A program made the position numbers and the translations under genes. This document shows, piece after piece, positions 1 to 8,000 of a stretch of 18,804 nt of DNA (positions are counted from its first letter, which is position 1; each line of letters opens with the position of its first letter). The DNA comes from an uncultured archaeon (GTDB taxonomy: Archaea; Asgardarchaeota; Thorarchaeia; Thorarchaeales; Thorarchaeaceae). The stretch covers positions 1-18,804 of the forward strand of contig CAYWJO010000058.1 in NCBI GenBank assembly GCA_964458565.1. Reading direction: 5' to 3'. The notes beneath the pieces were generated by a model. The model saw only the letters and a list, made by a program, of their open reading frames with translations. It searched no databases and was not told the origin of the DNA.

Positions 1-2133
1 ACATTCCTTGATCTTTACCTCGTTACAGGAAATGAAACCTATCTTGATATAGCAAAAGACGTGTTCAATTGGCTCTACGAAATGAAGGTTGAAGTAGGTG
101 GTTTGACAATAGAAAATACATTCTATAGTCCTCCTGGTAATAATTATGGATGGAATGGAGATGCCAATCTTACTGATATGCTTCTTCCTGGAAATATTAT
201 ATCTACCGTGAAAACTGCGCGATTCATGTTGGATCTCTTCAGGACAACAATGCAGTCAGATCCATATCTCTTGGGAGCTGTAGGTGCTGGATATTACCTG
301 GCAAATAGTTGTATATATCTTGATACAGCCATACGTGCAAGTACATGGACATATGAAGGCATTATAGAGGCAGCTGAGATTGGAGAATTCTTGATGGACC
401 TAAATCAGGAGTTCTTGTTCGATCTCTATGGTGGTGCGGTCAAAGGTCTCGCCAACTATTTAGTCCTTACTTCTCAGGATGGTCCGGCACTTGCAAATTG
501 GTACGATGAACCCGGTCTGACAAAAGCTGCAGCAGGTTTCCTAGCTCGAGTTGTTCCTGGGAGTGGTGATCCTGATTATACAGCTTATGCTGAAGGCGCA
601 TTAGCCTGGCTTGAGGATTATGTTACAGCAGAATATGCTGACCTTGATACTGGTGTCGCTCCAGATAGCCCCTATCAGTTCTACGAAGGCAGTGGATTGG
701 CAGGAATGGCCGTTGATTTAGCAGACCTAAGAAACACTCTAGAAATCGACATCGATGCATCAATGGAGATAATTGCTGATGAAATACTACTAAGAGGGTA
801 TGAATCAGGTCAGGGAATTAACTGGAATGAACCATTCTGGACTTCTAATACTACTAAGATGGCTGACTCAGCAAGCTGGGTTAATGGCGCTTCTGGAATT
901 GGAGTAGCCCTTGCAGAAGCTTATCGAGATGTAGGTGATCAATCATATCGCTTATCCTTCCTCAATGTTTCAATCTGGTTGGGATACTGCATTGATTCTA
1001 TTGGAGGTACTGCTAATTATGAGCCATATTACAGTGGTGCATTGGCTGATATGATTAGGTCTCTAATCCATATGAGATCAGTTCTTCCAGTAATCTTCGT
1101 TGGTTATTTCGTGGATCCAATGACATCTCTCTCAGCTGGTGAGTTTGTCCTCTCTGGATATGTTCAATCAGTGGGATGGCACGCTGATGGAGTATCGCTG
1201 ACTGCTGATTTACCTGAAGTGTTCCTCTTACCTATTGGGCAAAGTGAAACCATTGTTGTGGGTACTATCCCTGAACCTCAAGCAGTTGTTGTCACATGGG
1301 ATATTACCTTCCTTGTATATGGCGATTTTGAACTCTCTATGACTGGCAATTCTACAAATGCTGGAGGCCAAGTGAATACAGCTAGACTTACAGTAACAGA
1401 CCTTGGTGTCGATAAAATAAATGAGATTGCTCAACCCCCCGGAACCTTTACAGCATTATCAATACCTGGTGTGTACAATAATACCTTGTACAACTTAGGT
1501 GAAAGTGTCTTTGTACCAATTGATGCGATATATGCAAATACTGGACTTCCAGCCTATAATGCCTCCATATCAGTTGGTGAATATGGGACATGCGTAGTAA
1601 ATGGTTCAGGTACTGCATTTATGCTGATTGAGGAGTTTGAACCTGGTACAAAAGATATACCCATCAGTATTAGATACGACAAGGAATCAGGGATTACCCA
1701 AGGTACGCACAATCTCACACTGTCTCTGACATTCTCAAGCCTTGAGGTCAAATATGCAAATGTGAGTACAACTACTGCACAAGCTGGACAGAGCGTTATC
1801 TTCAAGGGGCAAGTGCTATATTCACACAATGGTAATCCTATTGCTAGTGCAACTGTTGCACTCAATGATGTGATAAAGACCGTGACTGATACAAACGGAT
1901 ACTTCACATTTGAACACACAGAATTAACACCAGGTACAACCAACTACACAGTCACCGCGACCTCGGATGGCATAAATCGAATCATTGTGTCGTCATTAAG
2001 TGAAGACTTTCAGATCACATGGATTGGATTTTGGACACCTCTAAACACAATCTTAGTCATCAGTGGTGTTGGACTTCTTGCAGTTGTTGTCATCTTTGGG
2101 ATCAAGAGAATCAGGACGCCTGCTGAAAAATAG
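1..2133 (+). CDS. 5'-truncated membrane-anchored surface protein: LanC-like / six-hairpin (alpha/alpha) toroid domain + Ig-like beta-sandwich stalk + C-terminal TM anchor
   Basis: Frame 1 is open from base 1 (TFLDLYLVTGNETYLDIAKDVFNWL...), so the GTG at 61 is not the real start. About 6 helical-hairpin repeats of type FLxLYxxTGxxxYxxxAxxxxxWL. LanC-like GxxG loops (FYEGSGLAGM, SWVNGASGIG). Beta-rich Thr-rich C-half (G.PI.SA.V..N...TD.NG.F). C-terminal hydrophobic helix ILVISGVGLLAVVVIFGI followed by KRIR. Confidence 0.75.
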   Translation, partial: TFLDLYLVTGNETYLDIAKDVFNWLYEMKVEVGGLTIENTFYSPPGNNYGWNGDANLTDMLLPGNIISTVKTARFMLDLFRTTMQSDPYLLGAVGAGYYLANSCIYLDTAIRASTWTYEGIIEAAEIGEFLMDLNQEFLFDLYGGAVKGLANYLVLTSQDGPALANWYDEPGLTKAAAGFLARVVPGSGDPDYTAYAEGALAWLEDYVTAEYADLDTGVAPDSPYQFYEGSGLAGMAVDLADLRNTLEIDIDASMEIIADEILLRGYESGQGINWNEPFWTSNTTKMADSASWVNGASGIGVALAEAYRDVGDQSYRLSFLNVSIWLGYCIDSIGGTANYEPYYSGALADMIRSLIHMRSVLPVIFVGYFVDPMTSLSAGEFVLSGYVQSVGWHADGVSLTADLPEVFLLPIGQSETIVVGTIPEPQAVVVTWDITFLVYGDFELSMTGNSTNAGGQVNTARLTVTDLGVDKINEIAQPPGTFTALSIPGVYNNTLYNLGESVFVPIDAIYANTGLPAYNASISVGEYGTCVVNGSGTAFMLIEEFEPGTKDIPISIRYDKESGITQGTHNLTLSLTFSSLEVKYANVSTTTAQAGQSVIFKGQVLYSHNGNPIASATVALNDVIKTVTDTNGYFTFEHTELTPGTTNYTVTATSDGINRIIVSSLSEDFQITWIGFWTPLNTILVISGVGLLAVVVIFGIKRIRTPAEK

Positions 2134-2137
2134 TATC

Positions 2138-2190
2138 ATAAAAGGGATGAACGAGCATTAGACTCGCCATCCCCTCTCTTCCTTTTTATT
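2138..2190. terminator. Probable bidirectional terminator between convergent genes
   Basis: Stem GGGATG-aa-CGAG / CTCG-c-CATCCC (2144-2173) with a 7-nt loop. Pyrimidine/T tract downstream on + (ctctcttccttttt) and ATAAAA upstream, which is a T tract on the - strand. Starts about 10 nt after the stop at 2133. Confidence 0.6.
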
Positions 2191-2231
2191 ACATGTACTC
2201 ATGTTATATCTAGTTTGAATGATATTAAACT

Positions 2232-3668
2232 CTAATCTGTTTTCTTCTTTCTAGTTCTTTTTGGAGTCGTGGCTGCGACTTCCTCAGGTTTTTTGGTTTT
2301 TTCCTTCTTCTTACGTGTTTTCTTCTTTTTCGGTGCTTGTTTCTGCAACTCTTCAAAGTTCGGATCAATGTTGATATATCTTAGTACAAGTGCAGCTAGA
2401 AACAGGAATGGAGCGTATAATGGAGCCCACCATGTGAACCCAAATGCTGTTCCACCTGTAGCACTGATTGAGTACTCCATAATGAATCCAAGCAAGAGAA
2501 TAGATAAAGCTTGGAAGAAATTGAATGGAACTCCTTTGAACCCTTCGTACATACCTGCTCTACTTTCTCCTGATAATATTTCATCTACGTGAGCAATATC
2601 CGCAGGTACAATGTAGCTCATAAGGTAATAGACTGCCATGCATGCTGCAAGAGGTACGAAGAAGATAACTCCAACAATAACCTCAGGGATGATATTCACC
2701 AATCTTGCTACAACAGGGAATGAGGCCAGAAGAATAGCTAGGCAAATCATTGCAATAGACATAGTCTTACCTTTCCCAATTTTTGCAATCCCTTTTATCC
2801 AGATGAAAAGAAAGACTAGTATAGATATTACAAGGGCTATTGCAGGAATCGCCAGTTTTTCAATGGTATCGAGTCTCAGAACTTCTTGAGCGAATCCAAC
2901 AACCTGGGCAGTAATTCCTGCAAATGCAAATGAAAGGAATCCAATTGCAAACATCCAACCGACATAATCCTTATTTCTCAAAACAATCTTCGTTTCTTCC
3001 GCAATATTCCTCTCTTGTATAACGATCCCTGGTTTTTCCTTTATCCATAAAATTGATGGTAAATATAACAAGACTGTTGCCATGCTAAATCCTAGAATAA
3101 TTGAAAGACCGACTTCACTAAGTCCTGGTGGTGGTCCCCCAACAAATAGTAAAGCGATGAAGAATCCGATTGCTATTCCAATACCATTTGCAATCCAATT
3201 AGCTACATTCTCCATGCTTGAAACCAAAGCTCTCTCTTCGGGTTCAGTAATCTCAGGCATCCATGCTTGAAAAGCAGTAAGGAGAAATGCATAGAAGAAT
3301 TTGGTTAAACATATGAAAAATGCTAGGTAGCCAAATAAGGCTAGTTGAAAACTTGGATCTAATGTATTAATGAAGGCATTAGGTACGAACAAGAAGTATG
3401 TAGTAATAGATAGTGCTGGTGCACCAATAATAACAAACGGTTTTCGACGACCATATCTAGTATCTACATGGTCGCTATAGTAACCAATCAACCAATGAGT
3501 TATTCCTATAACCACATATGACATTGCTATGGCAGTACCAACTAGTAACCACGATAGCAGCCATTTATCACCGTAGAAATAGAAAACAGTCAAATCGACG
3601 ATGGTCAGTAAGAAAGTGGAGCCAAAACGACCCATTCCATATGAAAATTTTTTGTATAGAGGTAGCAT
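2232..3668 (-). CDS. MFS transporter, glycoside-pentoside-hexuronide (GPH/MelB-like, MFS_2) family, with Lys-rich C-terminal tail
   Basis: About 12 hydrophobic segments. GPH signatures KFSYGMG, IGYYSDHVDTRYGRRKPF, PEIT..EER, ADIAHVDE..SGESRAGMYEG. RBS-like AGGTGG upstream of the ATG. Confidence 0.9.
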   Translation of the reverse strand: MLPLYKKFSYGMGRFGSTFLLTIVDLTVFYFYGDKWLLSWLLVGTAIAMSYVVIGITHWLIGYYSDHVDTRYGRRKPFVIIGAPALSITTYFLFVPNAFINTLDPSFQLALFGYLAFFICLTKFFYAFLLTAFQAWMPEITEPEERALVSSMENVANWIANGIGIAIGFFIALLFVGGPPPGLSEVGLSIILGFSMATVLLYLPSILWIKEKPGIVIQERNIAEETKIVLRNKDYVGWMFAIGFLSFAFAGITAQVVGFAQEVLRLDTIEKLAIPAIALVISILVFLFIWIKGIAKIGKGKTMSIAMICLAILLASFPVVARLVNIIPEVIVGVIFFVPLAACMAVYYLMSYIVPADIAHVDEILSGESRAGMYEGFKGVPFNFFQALSILLLGFIMEYSISATGGTAFGFTWWAPLYAPFLFLAALVLRYINIDPNFEELQKQAPKKKKTRKKKEKTKKPEEVAATTPKRTRKKKTD

Positions 3669-3762
3669 TGTTTGAGGAACCCACCTACAAATTATGCGAA
3701 TACCGAATATGTAGTAATAGAGAGGTTGGATTTAAGTCTGGCGCAGCAAAAATTCTAGGTGA

Positions 3763-5010
3763 TTATGACCAGTTGAATATGGCTGTTACAGCGAAATGGT
3801 CAGAAGCTGTAGATGCAGGGCTATAGCTGATTACATTTGCACTTGCCATTTTATCATAGAAGAATGAATTGATAATGATGAAGTCAATACGGACTGATGC
3901 TGTATTAGACTGATGCCCATAAGTGTGACCAGGCAGTGTAGGATTAAGATGTCTGTAAACATCAGTGAAATTGTGTTGGGTTGAAGAATGGTTGCCATAG
4001 CTGATATTCAATGGGAAAAGCATCATTGTCATTGGACCATACCCTGATTCCATTCCCTCGGGAGCTAAGAGTCCAGTATCAACTGGTGAAAAGGAATTTT
4101 GATCGCTCATATATAGAATGGGCACATTACCCAGATTATCCATATAATTAATGATTCCTTCAGTTTCCATGTGTCTTCTGTTCTCGTTGGTCTCTCCTTC
4201 ACTTGCTTTTAGATGCCCCCCAATTACATGGATTTGTGTTCCATTTACATCAACAACTGCATCAATAAAATCATGAGTTACATCATAATCCGTCCCATCA
4301 TCAAGTTGAACAATTGGTATTTGAGTGAAATTCATGATAGGATATTTGGTGATGATTGCTTCACCAGATGTAGAGTATTGTATACCCTTTGCACATATCC
4401 CATCATAAAGAGGTTCGTTTTCGAAATGTGCATTTAAATCACTAACTGCATCATTGAATGATTCGTTAGCATTATCATCCATTGCACCAGTTTCAACAAG
4501 CACCAAGATGTCGGGATTTTCAGAAGATACTATGGTTTTCCAATCATCATTTAATCCTGATTCCAGAATGTTATACACCATCACTTTCAATGTTCCATTG
4601 AAAGTTTTCAGCACTTCATCGTGATTATCAACTACTACTTGAAAGAATCGACCAGCACTCTCTCCATGTGAATCTTCCGTGATTAATTTCAGAGTATGCT
4701 TACCATCAGGAATTAATGAGGTATCCCATGAGTATACTCCATCTGCGGTTGCGATGAAATTTCCATCGACGTAGACATTTGCATCGAGCTCCTCCTCATC
4801 TTCGACGTTGAATGTAACTTGAACTGTTCCAGATAATATGTCTCCAGGAGTAGGATTCTCAACAACTATTATTGGACGCTCATTATCTGGTATATCATTA
4901 GAGTTCCCTGCAAGAAGCGTAACAACGATGGTTGAAGTAATTATCACTAATATTAGTACTACAACAATTGTTGGTTTTTTATAATCCAATACAACTACCT
5001 CTGCTTCCAC
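3763..5010 (-). CDS. Membrane-anchored endonuclease/exonuclease/phosphatase (EEP, DNase I-like) family protein with an Ig-like domain
   Basis: N-terminal TM/signal anchor, then an Ig-like domain (P..GD.LSGTV.V...V.DG...YSWDT..IPDGKHTL). EEP motifs occur in canonical order: KVMVYNI, PDILVLVE, AIITKYPI, GHL, SDQN (GDFN equivalent), FTDVYR..P..GHTY, RIDFI, SDHFAV. The true start may be the TTG at 4989, which has GAGGT 7 nt upstream. Confidence 0.88.
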   Translation of the reverse strand: MEAEVVVLDYKKPTIVVVLILVIITSTIVVTLLAGNSNDIPDNERPIIVVENPTPGDILSGTVQVTFNVEDEEELDANVYVDGNFIATADGVYSWDTSLIPDGKHTLKLITEDSHGESAGRFFQVVVDNHDEVLKTFNGTLKVMVYNILESGLNDDWKTIVSSENPDILVLVETGAMDDNANESFNDAVSDLNAHFENEPLYDGICAKGIQYSTSGEAIITKYPIMNFTQIPIVQLDDGTDYDVTHDFIDAVVDVNGTQIHVIGGHLKASEGETNENRRHMETEGIINYMDNLGNVPILYMSDQNSFSPVDTGLLAPEGMESGYGPMTMMLFPLNISYGNHSSTQHNFTDVYRHLNPTLPGHTYGHQSNTASVRIDFIIINSFFYDKMASANVISYSPASTASDHFAVTAIFNWS

Positions 5011-5054
5011 TGGTGATATAGCCCAATGATTTGGTATATTTTAAAACTTCAGGC

Positions 5055-8000
5055 TTATCTAAATGTATCTTCCTGGTACTCCGAAGGACGCGGAAGAGCA
5101 TCAGGTCCTTGAATTAGATATTTCGAATCGATGGCGTCAAGAACAACAAGGTATGCTTTCCTCTCTGAGTATCCATGCCTGATGAGGTCTTTGATAATGT
5201 CTTCTGCTGTTACTCCATAATCAACATGAAGAGAAGCGATTGATTCCGCGACAGGTTTTAGTTCCTGTGGCATATTCCTCTTCACACCAACATACTTCCT
5301 CATTAAAGCCCTATCAAAAAGCTGGTTAAATTTAGGATCCAATTCTGAAGCAAATTCATCCGATATGTCTGCATTAAATGATGATAATTCAAGAACTTCC
5401 TTCTGTTCATCATAATGTTCACTAATCTCTTTTGCGAACTCTTTGAGGATTCCCTTCTGTCTATCTGATGGAGATTCAACATTAATCATTGCACAGATTA
5501 GATGGTTAGTCTGAACTGCCGTAATTACTTCAGATATGGGTATAACAGTACCAATTGGTTCATCCATCGAGAATTCAGAGCGGAAGTGTGATATTGCACT
5601 AATGAATGAACTAAGTATCGCTTCCTCAAATCCACCCCGAATTATTTTGGAATAAATGGGTAGACCCATTTCTCTATGAATGACTTGTACTCCCATGAGA
5701 TTCTTTGCATCTTCCAACCTGGTTCTTAGAGAAAGCAGCTCGATATTATTCCTTGCTGAAACTCCAACAAAATACCGTCTACCAATCGTGAATATAGATA
5801 CTACGATGAGTAAAGCAGTTGCTCCAATAACTCCAGATAGAAACGTAGCAATGATAAATATGTCAGGATTAGCTTGAGAATTCAACACTATACCTAGTTC
5901 AAAATCCTCATAATTCTCTTTTGTAATTCGAATTAATAGCAGATATAATCCTGCTTCTGGAACTGTAATTTCAATTGAGTAAATACCATTTGTTTCATTA
6001 AAGAAATCATGAGTCAAGATGTTATCTATATCACCTGTTGTATCAAGCAGATAGTATTCAACAAGCGCTTCAGTAATCGGTTGTTGGGTGTCAGCTTCAA
6101 TAGGTGCGACTGCCAGTGAGAGTATACTACCCGCAATTCTACTATATGTTTGATTCAATAAGTATGCTGAATTTTGTGAGATTGGAATCTTCAAGACTGT
6201 CATTATGAAATTCAATGATTGTCGCTGGTATCCCTCTCGAAACAACCAAATCGTAATGTTCCAGTTTCCCTTGATAGGTTGCAGAGTGAAATTATACCAC
6301 CCATTACCAGATTCACTCTCTAGGATGAATTCAAGATATAGAAGGGGGTAACCAAATTCTGCATCAACTATACCTCCATTTATTGATGAATTATAATATA
6401 ATGCAAATTCGTATTCTCTACCTTCAAAGTAAGAATCCAACATTCCGTAAGTTTTGATGCTTGTGGAAATTTCGCCAATATCAAATCTGACTGATGTGTC
6501 AGCATATTCATATCCATATTTCGAGATTCTCAAATATACGGTATATGATCCGGTGGAAGTTACCCTCACTGAAACATTGTAAATCCCATCACCAAACTCA
6601 TCTGTTTGTATCAATGTAGAAGGACTCTGTGTGGTGTTGATATTGGCCCCTTCAATACCGTTTCCGTTATGATGATAGAAAACTGAGAACGAATAGGTTT
6701 GATTATAGTACATTATTTCTGGCAACCCACGTCCAATATTATTAAGCTGTGTTGATATAGGTCCCACAATTAGATAAAATGATGCTGCGCTAGTAGTGAG
6801 CCCTTCACCCGTTCCGGTGAGTGTGATGATATATGTGCCAATTATTGAGGCAGTGAATTCTAAAGTATAATTTCCAATTTCTCCAAAAACGGGCGTTGCT
6901 TCACTAAACGATAATCCTTCCTGTGGTCCAGACCATGTAAGAATTGAAATATTGGCATTAGCAATTCCATCGCCATCTAGAAACATGTATCTTACTTTTA
7001 TAGTGCAATTATTACCAGGACTCAATTCAACATACTGATTCCCTATGATTGTCATTATCGTAAGGGCTGTAACATGGACTATTATTGTGCAATTAGTATC
7101 TTCAAAGTATGGTGCATTCACTTCTACATTGAGTTCATGAATTCCCACCTCTATTGAGGAGGTATTGAGATCCACTTCCCACCAATTCTTGGCAAGATTT
7201 GGACTTAAGGTAATTACTGTTCCAGACCAATTCGCTCTCACATCCAATTCATCTGATAGAACGGGAATGGCTGTGTCTTGATCATATAGGTAAACAGCGA
7301 TTGTGTAGCTATTACCATGTTCCACTTGAATTTCAGGAGTTTGTGGAAAACAATAAAGCTCGTGATGAACTTCAAACATGCCTGAACCATACGCAACTTC
7401 TGAACCATTAATCCAGAGAGCATGGATTGACCAGAGTCCTATTGATGCATTGTATGGTCCAATGGTTGCGCCTTCACTTATTATTGAGGTACTCTTGTCA
7501 TCATTTCTCTCATCTGTCAACCATAAATTATTGTCGGGATCAAACCAATGTAACTGGAGTTCAGTGAAAGGTGAATTGGATAAAACAGTTACATTGCATC
7601 TGATTCGTTGGTCACTCATGAATATCTCAGTATCATCCCAATTTTGACTAGAGTGTTTGTAGGTCTGTGTAGTAATAGATTCGATATAGTTAGGACATAT
7701 AAAATCAACTTGCCACCAACCAACGGAGTCCACTGCACCCATTGGAAGTGTTATGAAATTCACATCTGCGTATGCTTGTTGTGTCACATCATCTCCGAAG
7801 GTGTTGAATACCGACGCGTTAATCCAGTCATATGGATGATAGACGATAAACCCGAGATTTTCTGCTTCCGGATGTGATTGTATATAGGTATAAAGAGTCA
7901 GATTTACATCGTCATCGATTTTTACAGAGTAAGAAACCCCGATATTCTTGAGTGACGTTGTATATGATGATTTCTCCATTTTCAACATTTTACTTACTCT

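Noticed and set aside
61-63. GTG start given in the ORF track for the first gene
   Set aside because: The frame is open to base 1 and the upstream codons encode a full toroid repeat, so the gene starts outside the window.
1228-1943. Minus-strand ORFs 1228-1434 and 1554-1943
   Set aside because: Antisense shadows inside a well-supported gene, with no motifs.
1-3668. Lanthipeptide biosynthetic cluster (LanC + exporter)
   Set aside because: Zn ligands are absent, the protein is extracellular and anchored, no dehydratase or precursor peptide is seen, and the transporter is a convergent GPH-type MFS.
2269-4437. Small ORFs overlapping the MFS and EEP genes (2269, 2396, 2638, 3082, 3518, 4213)
   Set aside because: Antisense or out-of-frame shadows. 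Their apparent hydrophobicity mirrors the real gene's codon bias.
3763-4600. EEP domain as a retroelement endonuclease
   Set aside because: It has a membrane anchor and Ig domain, and there is no reverse transcriptase or element boundary nearby.
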